Positions 12,805 to 25,501 of a stretch of 64,000 nucleotides of DNA are shown here, piece by piece. The stretch's first letter is position 1; every line of letters begins with the position of its first letter. The DNA lies in assembly GCA_951406725.2 (NCBI GenBank), contig OX597835.1, positions 50,762,568 to 50,826,567 of the forward strand, written 5' to 3'. The DNA is from Octopus vulgaris. Taxonomy: Eukaryota. The notes beneath the pieces were generated by a model. That model worked only from the letters and a program-made list of their open reading frames with translations. It was not told where the DNA came from and made no database searches. The translations under genes and the position numbers were made by a program.

Positions 12805-13074
12805 GGTATTAACACTTTAGCCGTCCCAGTTATAAGTTACAGCTACAATATCCTTAACTGGACACTAAATGAACTGACCAAAATAGATAGGAAAACAAGA
12901 AAAATAATGACAGGATCTAGGATGCATCACCCAAAATCTGACATAGAAAGGCTATATATACAACGTATAGAAAGTGGTAGAGGCCTTATACAGCTGGAAA
13001 ACTACTATAAAATAACCACCATAGGACAGCAAAAATATCTACTTCAGAAGGAAGGAAAACTGATACAAATAGTC
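12805..13074 (+). mobile_element. R4/Dong-like non-LTR retrotransposon RT fragment
   Basis: GINTLAVPVISYSYNILNWTLNELTKIDRKTRKIMT...HHPKSDIERLYIQRIESGRGL matches the R4/Dong RT C-terminal motif. It is directly preceded by (TAA)n. Confidence 0.8.
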
Positions 13075-15877
13075 TGACGTCTCAAGCATCTTACCGAACG
13101 ATACCGGAGACATCCACTTGCCAACTGCTAGCCGTCAAAATAGTCTGGACCCCCTTGAGGTGCGACGGTCACCTAGAGCGTGACTATCCAGCGTGGGCCG
13201 ACCCGTAAGCTCACGGGTCTGTTTCCGTTAACTTAGGGATCGGACCACGTCGTTGTATTTACCAGGTGTATATCGCCACAGACTCAGGGCGACTGACGGG
13301 TTCGGTCGCGGGTACATCCACGTGTACGTGGGCGATACCGCTAGCTTCGATTCGTTCTTTCTATATCGGGCACGGTAGCGCGGCGGAGCTCCGGTCGACT
13401 GGCGCAGGGCTGCCGCCATCGGTTCCTACCTATATTAGCCGCAGTTGTTATCTTTCGAGAATTTACGCTAAGGAACACGTCGATAGATAACAACTGCGGC
13501 TAGTATAGGTAGTGGCCGTCAGAGGTGGAGTTGCGCCATGCTTTCCCTGTTTCGGTTCGTTCTTTCGATATCGGGCAGGGTAGGGCGGCGGAGCAACGGG
13601 CGACCGGCGCAGGTATGCCGCTGGCGAGCCCGCGGCGCGTAGTCGAACAGGGAAAGGATGGCGCAACCCAACTACTGGCGGCCCATACCTATCCTAGCCG
13701 CAGTTATCTTTCGACGTTTTCCTTAGCGTAAATTCCCTTGTATCTCGTGACAGCCTTCCGGCATCGGTCGCGGGTACGTCTACGTGTACGTGGGTTATAC
13801 CGCGAGCTTAGATTCGTTCTTTCGATATCGAGCATGGTAGTGCAGCGCGTAGTCGAACAGGGAAAACGAGGTGGCGTTAAAGCGGCGGCCACCCGCCGGG
13901 CTCACGGCGTCTCAGGCTGACGTCTCAGACATCATGCCGAACGATCCCGGAGACATTCACCTGCAGACTGCTAGCACTCAATATAATCTGGAACCCCTTG
14001 GGGTGCGACGGCCACGTAGAGCGTGACTATCCAGCCGGGGCCGACCCACAAGGTTAAGGGTCTGATTTTTTTAACTTACGGGTCGGACCGCGTCACTGTA
14101 TTTACCCGGTGCATATCGCCAAAGACTCCCGGTGACTGACGGCATCGGGAATTTGTGGGACGGACCACGTCACTGTATATTTCGATACCGGGCACGGTAA
14201 CGCGGCGGAGCAACGGTCGACCGGTGCAGACCTGCAGCTGGCGGCCCCGCGGCGCGTCGTCGAACAGGGAAAGAAAGGTGGCGTTAAAGCGGCGGTCATT
14301 CGTCGGGCTCACGGTGTCTCAGACATCATGCCGAACGATCCCGGAGACATTCACCTGCAGACTGCTAGCCCTCAATATAGTCTGGAACCCCTTGGGGTGC
14401 GACGGTCACCTAGAGCGTTACTATCCAGCCGGGGCAGACCCACAAGCTTAAGGGTCTGATTTTTTTACCTTATGGGTCGGACCACGTCGCTGTATTTACC
14501 CGTTGCATACATGGCTACTGATGGCATCGGGAATTTACGGGATAGACCATGTCACTGAATCGACCGCATGTACCTTTCGATATTAAGCACGGTACGTGGG
14601 CGATACCTCGAGCTTCGATTCGTTCTTACTAGGTCGGGCACAGTAACGCAGCGAAGCTCCAGGCGACTCCGCAAACCCTGCCGCTGTCGGTCCCTACCTA
14701 TACTAGCCAGTTGTTATCTTTTGGGAATATTCGGGAGGGAGCACGTCGCTGTATTGACCGCGTGTATTTCGTGACAGAGATCCGGCATCGTTAGCGGCTA
14801 CGCCCCGCGGACGTGGGCGATACCGCGAGCTTAAGTTCGTTCTTTCGATATCGGGAACGGTAGCAAGGCGGAGCAACGGGCGACTGGTGCAGGGCTGCCG
14901 CTGGCGACCACGCGACGCGTAGTCGAACGGTGAAATCAAGGCGGCGTGAAGGTGGCGGCGACCCGACGGGCTGACGGCGTCTTAGGCTGACGTCTCAGCT
15001 ATTTTGCCGAACGATCCCGGAGACATCAACCTTCCGACTGCTAGGCCTCAATATAGTCTGGACCCCCTTTGGGTGTGACGGTCACCTAGAGCGTGACTGT
15101 CCAGCCTGGGCCGACCCGTCAGCTAACGGGTCTGTTTCCGTTAACTTTCGGGTCGGACCACGTGCATATCGCCACAGACTCTCGGCGACTGACGGGATCG
15201 GTCGCGGCTACGTACACGTGTGCATGGGCGGTACTGCTAGCTTCGATTTGTTCTAACTAGATAATGCACGCTAGCGAGGCGGTGCTCCGGGCGACTGGGG
15301 CAGGTCTGCCGCTGGCAGCGCCTACCTATACCAGCCGCAGTAGTCATCTTTCATGAATTTACGGGACCGACCACGTCGCTGTATCGACTGCGTGTATTTC
15401 ATGACAGAGATCCGGCATCGGTCGCGGGTACGTCCAAGTGTACGTGGGCGATACCGCTAGCTTAGGTTCGGTCTTTCGATATCGGGCAGGGTTGCGCGGC
15501 GGAGCAACGGGCGACCGGCGCAGGCCTGGCGCTGGTTGCGCAGGCCTGGCGCTGGCGGTGCAGGCGGCACGTAGTCGAAAGGTGAAAGCAAGATGGCGTG
15601 AAGGCGGCGGCCACATTACTGGCTGACGGCGTCTTAGGCTGACGTGTCAGGCATCTTGACTCTCTACCTGCCGACCGACCGGCCGAACTCGTGTTGGATA
15701 TCGAGAACTCGGCTCAGAACTCGCCCCAGAACTCGCCGCTTCGTGCCTCGTCGATAACACTGATAACACACGGATACACTCAATCGTTGTCTTCGTCGAT
15801 AACGTCGTATACTACTCAGACTCTCTAACTTCCGAACGACCGGCCGCACTCGTGCTCGATACCGCTCCCGACGGTAT

Positions 15878-15977
15878 CCAGCTCACGTTCCCTGTTACTG
15901 GGTGAACAATCCAACGCTTTGCGAATTCTGCTTCGCAATGATAAGAAGAGCCGACAACGTAGGATCAAAAAGCGACA
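15878..15977 (-). rRNA. 28S rRNA pseudogene fragment (domain V, 3' region)
   Basis: Reverse complement GTCGCTTTTTGATCCTACGTTGTCGGCTCTTCTTATCATTGCGAAGCAGAATTCGCAAAGCGTTGGATTGTTCACCCAGTAACAGGGAACGTGAGCTGG closely follows the conserved eukaryotic LSU sequence with a few substitutions. Confidence 0.92.
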
Positions 15978-18900
15978 TCAAGAGGCGGGCAAAGGCGGAC
16001 ATCAAGAGGCGGGCGAAGGCGGATGTGAAGATGCGGTGAAGGCGAGCGTCAAAAGGCGGGCGAACGCTGCGTCTGAAAGGCAGGCGGTGTGGCGGCGGAA
16101 ATTCGAGGACGCGCCAGCCGCGTAGAGTCGATCTTGCACCGGCAAACGGGGAGCTAACCGTTGGCAGAAATGGGCGACGAGAAAATCCCTTTCAGACGGT
16201 CACCTATGCCGATCAGCCACAACCCTACATAGAAGTCTGGACCCCCTTGGGGTGCGACGGCCACCTAGAGCGTGACTATCCAGCGGTGGCCGACCCACAA
16301 GCTTACGGGTCTGATTTTTTTAACTTACGGGTCGGACCACGTTGCTGTATTTACCCGGTGCATATCGCGTAGTCAAACAGCGAAACAAGGCGGCGTGAAG
16401 GCGGCGGCCACCCGCGGGCTGACGGCATCTTAGGCCGACGTGTCAGGCACCTTGTCAAACGATGCCGGAGACATCCACCTGCTGACTGCTAGCCCTTAAT
16501 ATAGTCTATACCCCCTTGGGATGAGACGGCCACCTCGAGCATGAATATCCGGCGTGCGCCGACCCGTAAGCTCACGGGTCTGTTTCCGTTAAGTCACAGG
16601 TCGGACCACGTCATTGTATTTACCCGGTGCATATCGCCACAGACTCCCGGCGACTGATTGTATCGGTCGCGGCTTACGTCCACGTGTGCGTGTGCGATAC
16701 TGCTAGCTTCGATTCGTACTTACTAGATCATGCACGGTAGCGCAGAGGAGCGCCAGGCGACTTGCGCAGGCCAGCCGCTGGCAGCACCTACCTATACTAG
16801 CCCCAGTTGTCATCATTCAGGAATTTACGTGAAGGAACACGTCGCTGTATTGACCGCGTGTATCTCGTGACAGCCTTCTGACATCGGTCGCGGCTACGTC
16901 CAAGTGTACGTGGGCGATCACGCGAGCATAGGTTCGTTCTTTTGATATCCGGCACGATAGCGCGGCGGAACAACGGGCGACCGAAGCAGGTCTGTCGCTG
17001 GCGGCGCTGCGGCGATTAGTCGAAACGTGAAAGCAAGATGGCGTGAAGGCGATGGCCACACGCCGGGCTCATGGCGTCTTAGGCTGACGTGTAAGGCATC
17101 TTGACGAACGATGCCGGAGACATCCACCAGCCAAATTCTAGCCCTCAATATAGTTCGGACCCCCTTGGGGTGCGACGGTCAACTAGAGCGTGACTATCCA
17201 GCGTGGGCCGACCCGTAAACTCACGGGTTGGTTTCCGTTAACTTACGGGTCGGTCCACGTCGTTGTATTTACCCGGTGCATATCGCCACAGACTCCAGGC
17301 GACTGAAGGGATCGGTCGCGGCTACGTCCATGTGTACGTTTGTGATACCGCAAGCTTCGATTCGGTTTTACTAGATCGGGCAAGGTAGCGCGGAGGAGTT
17401 CCGGGCGACTGGCGCAGGCCTGGCGCAAACGTCCCGATGGCGGCCCCTACCTATACTAGCCGCGGTTGTCATTTTCGGGAATTTACGGGACGGACAACAT
17501 CACTGTATCGACCGCGTGTATCTCGTGACAGCCTTCCGGCATCTCTCGCGGAGACGTCCACGTGTAATTGAGCGTTACCGCTAGCTTAGGTTCGTTCTTT
17601 CGATATCGGGCACGGTAGAGCGGCTATGCGGTTGTTACAGTGACGTGGTCCGTCCCATAAATTCCCGAAAGATGACAACTGCGGCTAGTATAGGTAAGAG
17701 CAGCCAGATGCCTGACACCTCAGCCTAAGACGCCGTCAGCCCGTCGGGTGGCCGCCGCCTTCACACCTCGCTACCGTGCCCGATATCGAAAGAACGAACC
17801 TAAGCTCGCGTAATCGCCCATGTACACTTTGACGTAGACGCAACAGATGCCGGAAGTCTGTCATGAGATACATGCGGTCGATACAGCGACGTGTTCCTTC
17901 GCGAAAATTCCTGAAAGATGACAACTGTAGCTAGAATAGGTAGTGCCGCCTGCGTCAGGCCTACGCCAGGCCTGCGCCAGTCGCCCGGACCTCCGCCGCG
18001 CGACCTTGCCCGTTATCGAAGGAACGAACCTAAGCTAGCGGTATCGCCCACGTACACGTGGACGTACCCGCGACCTATGCCAGAAGGCTGTCATGAGATA
18101 CACACGGTCAATACAGCGACGTGGGCCGTCCCGAATATTCCCGAAATATAACAACTATGGCTAGTATAGGTAGGGGCCGACAGCGGCAGGTTTTGCGGAG
18201 TCGCCCGGAGCTTCGCTGCGCTACCGTGCCCGACCTATTAAGAACGAATTGATGCCCGAAGTATTGCCCACGTACACGTGGACATAGCCGCAACAGATGC
18301 CGGAAGGCTGTCAAGAGATACAAGCGGTCGATACAGCGGCGCATTCCTTCGCGTAAATTCCCGAAAGATGACAACTGCGGCTAGTATAGGTAGGGGTCGA
18401 AAGCGGCAGGCCTGCGCCAGTCGCCCGGACCTCCGCCTCGCTACCGTGGCCGTATCGAAAGAACGAACCAAAGGTAGCGGTATCGCACACGTACACGTGG
18501 ACGTACCCTCGACCGATGCCGAAAGGCTGTCACGAGATACACGCGGTCCATACATTGACGTGCTCCGTCCCGTAAATTCCCGATGCCGTCAGTCGCCGGG
18601 AGTCTGTCGCGATATGCACCGGGTAAATACAGCGACGTGGTCCGACCCGTAAGTTAAAAAAATCAGACCCGTAAGCTTGTTGGTCGGCCCCCGCTGGATA
18701 GTCACGCTCTAGGTGACCGTCGCACCCCAAGGTGGTCCAGACTACTATGTAGGGTTGTGGCTGATCGGCATAGGTGACCGTCTGAAAGGGATTTTCTCGT
18801 CGCCCATTTCTGCCAACGGTTAGCTCCCCGTTTGCCGGTGCAAGATCGACTCTACGCGGCTGGCGCGTCCTCGAATTTCCGCCGCCACACCACCCACCTT

Positions 18901-19010
18901 TCAGACGCAGCGTTCACCAGCCTTCGCCCGTCTTTTGACGCTCGCCTTCGCCCGCATCTTCACATCCGCCTTCGCCCGCCTCTTGACGTCCGCCTTTGCC
19001 CGCAATTGAT

Positions 19011-19048
19011 GTCGCTTTTTGATCCTTCGTTGGATTGTTCACCCACTA
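19011..19048 (+). rRNA. 28S rRNA pseudogene fragment with internal deletion
   Basis: gtcgctttttgatccttcg is joined directly to ttggattgttcacccacta. It is the inverted paralog of 15878-15977. Confidence 0.75.
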
Positions 19049-19389
19049 CCGTGTAGAGGCCATCTTGCACCGACAAACGGGGAGCTAACCGATGGCAGTA
19101 ATGGGCGATGAGAAAGTCCCATTCTGACGGTCACCTATGCAGATCATCCACAACACACCATAGTCGTCTGGACCCCCTTGGGTTGCGACGATCACCTAGA
19201 GCGTGACTATCAGACCCAGAAGCTTTCGGGTCTGATTTGTTTAACTTACGGGTCTGACCACGTCGCTGTATTTACCCGGTCCATATCGCCACACACTCCC
19301 GGCGACTGACGGCATCGGGAATTTACGGGATGGACCACGTCGCTGTATCGACCGCGTGTATCTCGTGACAGCCTTACGGCATCGGTCGC

Positions 19390-20192
19390 TGAGAGAGTAA
19401 GAGGGAGAAGAAGAGAGAAAGAGGGAGAATGAGAGAGAAACCGAGAGAGGAAGAGGGAGAATGAGAGAGAAGCTGAGAGAGTAAGAGGGAGAAGCCGAGA
19501 GAATAAGATGGAGAATGAGAGAGAAGCAAAGAGAGTAAGAGGGTGAATGAGAGAGTAAGAGGGTGAATGAGAGAGAAGCAGAGAGTGTAAGAGGGAGAAG
19601 CAGAGAGAGTAAGAGGGAGAATGAGAGTGAAGCAGAGAGAGTAAGAGGAAGAATGAGAGAGAAGCAGAAAGAGTAAGAGGGAGAATGAGAGAGAAGCAGA
19701 GAGAGTAAGAGGGAGAAGCCGAGAGAGTAAGAGGGAGAAGCCGAGAGAGTAAGAGGGAGAATGAGAGAAAAGCAGAGAGAGTAAGAGGGAGAATGAGAGA
19801 GAAGCCGAGAGAGTAAGAGGGAGAATGAGAGAGAGTAAGAGGGAGAAGCAGAGAGAAAGAGGGAGAATGAGAGAGAAGCAGAGAGAGTAAGAGGGAGAAT
19901 GAGAGAGAAGCAGAGAGAGTAAGAGGGAGAATGAGAGAGAAGCAGAGAGAGTAAGAGGGAGAATGAGAGAGAAGCAGAGAGAGTAAGAGGGAGAATGAGA
20001 GAGGAGCAGAGAGAGTATGAGGGAGAATGAGAGAGAAGCCGAGAGAGTAAGAGGGAGAATGAGAGAGAAGAAGAGAGAGGAAGAGGGTGAAGCAGAGAGA
20101 AAGAGGGAGAATGAGAGAGAAGCAGAGAGAGTAAGAGGGAGAATGAGAGAGAAGCAGAGAGAGTAAGAGGGAGAATGAGAGAGAAGCCGAGA
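19390..20192 (+). repeat. Purine-rich minisatellite (32-bp and 21-bp variants of GAGAGAGTAAGAGGGAGAATGAGAGAGAAGCA)
   Basis: Tandem units read directly; the top strand is almost all purine. Confidence 0.95.
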
Positions 20193-20484
20193 AGTCGTGA
20201 TTCATATCGAGCCCTTCTGGGTATTAGCGCGCGTCTACGATGAGTCTACGATATAAAAAAAAATTTACCATCATTTTTTCCCATTTGTAATGCATTTTTT
20301 TGCTATTATATAAGGGAAGTAACTCTCTAAAAATGTATTATTAAATCTCAGAACGTAAAAAGCTACAGTTACACCCCGCTTCGTGGTTAGCCATAATGAG
20401 ATGGCTATTATACTTTACATCTCTAAAAATGCTTATATAGTTATTTCCCTTACAAACCCGAGCAACGCCGGGCGATACTGCTAG
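20193..20484 (+). mobile_element. 3' part of a Helitron of the same family as 5708-6102
   Basis: agtcgtgattcatatcgag...cccgagcaacgccgggcgatactgctag matches 5811-6102. Confidence 0.85.
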
Positions 20485-20508
20485 TATATATATAAATATG
20501 TATGTGCG

Positions 20509-20554
<46 letters not shown>

Positions 20555-20558
<4 letters not shown>

Positions 20559-20940
20559 GTCACTTTTGAGTGCTACTGGTAACATGTAACACAGTACAAC
20601 CTGCTGCATGGTCTGGCTGTCGGCGAATAAACCGGCAACCCCACAAGCTTGCTTGTGGAGGAAGGTGTTTATTGGACACCCTGCGAGATGAAAAACAAAA
20701 CCCGTCAAAGGGCGGAGGAACTCTTGAGAGTCAACGGCCATCCAATAAATGTGTAATTTTTTTTCTTCTTAAGGCTGTATCATGCGTGGGGACATAGGAA
20801 TAATTGGACTGAATACTTGATCGCACAGTTAAACCATTGGAATTGAAGGACTCCTAGCCTTTGTTAGGGCATCCTTTTAGGAGAAGGTAACTGGGATAAC
20901 TCTGACAAAACCTGCGGCTCAGTGGTTACTGATGATGTTA
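20555..20940 (+). mobile_element. Possible RTE LINE 5'-UTR fragment
   Basis: gcctttgttagggcatccttttaggagaaggtaact...aaaacc resembles RTE 5'-UTR motifs as I recall them. It follows a (TA)n run. Confidence 0.3.
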
Positions 20941-21287
20941 ACTTGTTCTTCTTTTTGGATTATGGCTGCTGTTGCTTAGTGAGCGGGATTGACTCGGTGC
21001 ACAGCCTTTCCTCACTTTAAAAAAAATCTTCCTGCAAAGGCATTGCACGATAACAACATTGTTCATGATTGTTGATGGTGCTGTGAGTCTCAACTGAATG
21101 GCTGGCTGTAGCCTTAAAAAGCAAATAAAAGTCACATTCGATAACAGCACCAATAACAGTTAAGCTTCGCGCAATGGCCATACTCGATAACGAGGGGGCA
21201 GCCATCATATATATATTCATTAGTTTTTAACAAGACGTGATTTGTATGATAAATTTGAAACTTTTTTTTTCTCTTTGCTTTTTGCAG

Positions 21288-21508
21288 AGGTGAAAAGATT
21301 AGACAAGACAATGCTGAAGAATGGCATAGAAGACACACGGAACATATTGTCAAACTACCAGAAGGCTTTCAGGAACATAAAGCATATAACTGAAAGGTTG
21401 AAAAAGGATTATGAAGCTTCCAAGCAGTATCCACCAAATACAAGATATAATGAACTAAAACGAATGATTAAAGACACTGTAGCAGCATCTGAAAAGCAAT
21501 GGGTGTGA
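21288..21508 (+). CDS. Probable last coding exon of an unidentified gene (~73 aa, helical)
   Basis: Strong acceptor ttttttttctctttgctttttgcag, then a non-repetitive open frame EVKRLDKTMLKNGIEDTRNILSNYQKAF...YPPNTRYNELKRMIKDTVAASEKQWV*. Confidence 0.55.
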
Positions 21509-21914
21509 TTTCCCGGAGAGGCTGTTCACTTGGACATCATTTGTTTATGTGAATGTGCGATCAAGGTGGCAGAGATGGTGATAAAGTACACAATCCTGGA
21601 CTCACCTATGGTAATTTGATCTATCATTCCATGTATATATATGTATCAAATATAATATATTAATATATAAAGTATAATATTTATCATCAATACATAAAGT
21701 GTATATATATATATATATAATAGTTATCGCCATACTAATATGGCATTCTTATAAAAATAAGAAAAAAGCTGTCCGCTTATTAGCTCCATGAGGCCATCGC
21801 CTTAAGTTAGCTATTTGATACACAAACTGTATCCATATAACCTTCGATAACTATTATTTTCCGGGAATGCTGCCGCTGTTCTCTTTTAGAGAGACTTAGT
21901 TATTTTAATATTTC

Positions 21915-21961
<47 letters not shown>

Positions 21962-22569
21962 CAACACACGAGTTCTCCCTTTGATCTGTGCATTAAGGCT
22001 TTCGATCGACGGGAGAGAACTCTAGTGTGTTGTGTTACTTGAAAAATACCGTATATAAAAAGGACCTACTTAAGTGATTATTTATATAAGCATATATCGT
22101 ATAAATATATGTGATATATAAACAAAAAATATATGCAAGTTCTTTTTCAAATTGGAACTATTTTTTCGGTTTTTTTTTGTATCTTTTGTTAATTATATAT
22201 GTCAGCTGAGATCTGAAAAATGTTTTCCTCGAAAATTTTTATAAGCTTTTCATTTCTTTCAAACTTTTGTATGTCCTTTGTAGTCAGGGCCCATATTTCA
22301 CTGCCATGCAGCATATCTTTTCATACACAAGCATCATATAATCTGTCTGCCACTCTAGGGGAGAGGTCTTTTTTTTTTAACAAGGTAGTAGCTCTCTGAA
22401 CTTTGTCTAGCAACTAAGATAATGCATGATTAATTTAAAACGATGTGTTTCCATCACAGTCATGGTTTAACAAATATTTGCAGGCTTAGACATTTTGTTT
22501 TTCTAAGATTAGCAGTGTAAGCAAATATTGCTGTTGGGACATAGAGCCAAAACAAATATGGTTCAGCAT

Positions 22570-22901
22570 CTTTACTCTTTTACCTGCTTCAGTCATTTGA
22601 CTGTGGCCATGCTGCAGTACCGCCTTTAGTTGAACAAATTGACCCAGGACTCATTCTTTGTAAGCCTAGTACTTATTCTATCAGCTCCTTTTGCGATACT
22701 GCTAAGTTATGGGGGATGTAAACACCAACAGTTTTCAAGTGTGGGGGGGGGGACAAACACACAAATGTATATATAAATATCATCATTTAACGTCCGCTTT
22801 CCATGCTAGCATGGGTTGGACGGTTCAACTGGGAAGCCAGCTGGATGCCCTTCCTAACACCAACCACTCCGTGAGTGTAGTGGGTGCTTTTTATGTGCCA
22901 C

Positions 22902-22970
<69 letters not shown>

Positions 22971-23130
22971 GAGAATTGACAATGGCACAAAAGATGAAGA
23001 CACGACAGATTTCTTTCAGTTTTCGTCTACCAAATCCACTCACAAGGCCTTGGTTTGCTCAGGGCTATAGTAGAAGACACTTGCCCAAGGTGCCATGCAG
23101 TGGGACTGAACTCGGAACCATGTGGTTCTT
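22570..23130 (-). mobile_element. tRNA-derived cephalopod SINE, interrupted by an RTE-type 3'-end fragment and (CA)n(TA)n
   Basis: cagtcatttgactgtggccatgctg...cctagtacttattctatc and ctatagtagaagacacttgcccaaggtgcc...gaaccatgtgg. The insert at 22780-22905 matches 8315-8490. Confidence 0.7.
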
Positions 23131-24144
23131 AGCCTATTTCCACCTATCCATAATCCTAGATGAGTACTTTTGTTATTTAATCAACTTTGTAAAAGTGGAG
23201 GTAAGTTGTAGAAATAGCAGCCAAATTTTCTGTCATACAAAAATATAAAGGATACATTTAATAATGCAGTCATTTATAAATACACATTACTTGATAATAA
23301 ATGACCTTAGGAGTAAACAAAATCATTATGTTGCTTTTCCTATGCTAGTATGGAGTAGATAAGATTTATTATGCAGCAGTGATCTATGACTGGATACTCT
23401 TCTTGTTGCTAACCCATAACTGATTCAAGCCTTATGGCAAGCCATGCAAAGAGCACCCAGTACACTATAAAGTGGTTGGCATTACAAAGAGTATCCAGCC
23501 ATAGAAACCAAGCTAAATCAGACTGGAATTTGGTACAACTCTCCTTGTTGCCAGTTCTGATCAAACCATCCAACCGATGACAGCATGGAAAACACATTAC
23601 ACAATGATGATTTTGAAATCAATGAATCAACCAAGTTATAAGACGTGTTATTTATAGAAGTAAATGCTAACATTACTTTTGCCCAAAAGGTGTTAAGGTG
23701 TACAAACACACACACACACAGATATATCCCTTTCAGTTTTGTATCTCTGCTCTCTCTCATATTCATTTTATATCTTGAGGATACTTCACTATCTATTTTC
23801 TCTCTTTCCAGTTGGAGAAGCCATGTATCTCTCCTCTTCAACAAGACACTTGTTCCTGTCCCTCTATCATGCTTCAACCTCTCAATGTCTGGTATAAAAC
23901 CACCTCCCTTAACACTATATCCCACTCAGCTGAAGCATTTTGCTATGCGAGTTACTTGTTGACTTCACTGGTGCCATTGTCAATGAAAGAACCCCCCAGC
24001 ACACTCTGTAGAGTGGTTGGCAGAAGGAAGCACATTCAGCCATAGAAACATGTCAAAGCAGATTTTGCAACTCAGCCCAATCTTCTGGCTCATTGGTTCC
24101 TATTGAACTGTTCAATCCATACCAGCATAAAATGGACATTAAAC

Positions 24145-24179
<35 letters not shown>

Positions 24180-24674
24180 TTTTCATAGTATCCACGCATT
24201 ACTTTCAATCACTGGTTAGCTTGAGGTTATAGAAGACACTTTGCCCAAGGGACGGAACCCACAAAGTGTGGTTACAAAGCCAACCTCGTAATCACACCAG
24301 TTAAGTACATACCATCAAAGTGTTTCATAGTTGTTTGGGTTGCATCAACCTACCATACTTGTCACCACTACTTTATCTTTATTTTCTTATCAAATCTGAC
24401 ATTGCCCCCCCCCCCCCTCCTAAAAGAAAAAAATCACTCCCATTATTTTTGGAAACACATTTTTGTGCTCAGAATTGCTGAAGCATGGGATAAACTACTT
24501 GCACCAGCTGCTAGCTGTCGGGACACTACATCCTTCATAACTTCCATGCTTCCTGAAATTTTGTCAGCAATACACCTGATGCCCCACCCCCGTTTTTTTT
24601 CTTTTTTTCTTTGTTTCTACTTATTCATCGTTCACTTCCTGTTCAGGCAGTTTTGGTTACTTATTCTGATGACC

Positions 24675-25005
24675 TTTAGTCGTGCAAATCAACCCCAGGA
24701 CTTATTCTTTGTAAGCCTAATAACTTGTTCTATTGGTCTCTTTTGCTGAACTGCTAAGTTACGGATGTAAACACACCAGCATCGGTTGTCAAGCGATGCT
24801 GGGAGGACAAACACAGACACACATATATATACATATATACGATGGGCTTCTTTTCAGTTTCTGTCTACCAAATCCACTCACAAGGCTTTGGTTGGCCCAG
24901 TGGCTATAGTGGAAGACACTTGCCCAAGGTGCCACACAGTGGGACTGAGCCTGGAACCATGTGGTTGGTAAGCAAGCTACTTACCACACAGCCACTCTTA
25001 TGCCT
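24675..25005 (-). mobile_element. tRNA-derived cephalopod SINE
   Basis: Minus-strand head ggctgtgtggtaagtagcttgc...ggttccaggctcagtcccactg has A/B-box-like motifs. The body is shared with other copies. Confidence 0.75.
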
Positions 25006-25501
25006 ATATACAATAATTCATTATATATATAACCTCACCACTTCTTCCATTCATTCAGATCACACAACTAATACAGTTTTCTCCTTTGCATATATTTAGC
25101 ACTTTCCCTTTGCCACCCAGTCGCTGTTTTTCCAGAAACATAAATTTTTAGAAAAATAAACTGTTTATTTTGTTAAAAAACACTCACTCACTTTGTTGGT
25201 GTGTTTATATCCGTAACTTAGCAGTTCAGCAAAGGCAATGGATTAATTAATGTTGGCTGCAATCTACTGACCAAGATAATGTTAAAGTAATGGCATGAAC
25301 AATAAAACTTAACTCAAAATAATTTTTTAAATGTTTACCTTTTTTTTTTTTTAATAATATATTAGTTTTACATTTTAAAACTTTAATGAAATTTTTGTTG
25401 GAAGCTACTTAAAAAAAAACAAATAAAAACTTTAAACTAACTTATGTACATGTAAGTAAACTTCCAATATATTTTAATTTGCTATATGAAGTTTGAAGAC
25501 T

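Larger units (their letters stand above)
13074..19390. repeat. GC/CpG-rich complex subrepeat island, probably derived from the rDNA intergenic spacer
   Basis: About 9 copies of tagtctgga(c/a)ccccttggggtgcgacggtcacctagagcgtgactatcc and about 11 copies of cctacctatactagccgcag, in shuffled order. Contains 28S fragments. The segment ~17640-19050 is inverted. Confidence 0.65.

Noticed and set aside
13074-19390. Many short Arg/Pro/Ala ORFs; possible bacterial contamination or CRISPR-like array
   Set aside because: The ORFs result from high GC and repeats. There are no unique spacers or cas genes, and the embedded rRNA is eukaryotic 28S.
21958-22036. Imperfect hairpin resembling a pre-miRNA
   Set aside because: It lies among (TA)n and repeat debris, has no recognisable mature miRNA, and cannot be supported without small-RNA data.
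24930-25005. tRNA-like A/B boxes
   Set aside because: These are SINE heads; no full cloverleaf is present.
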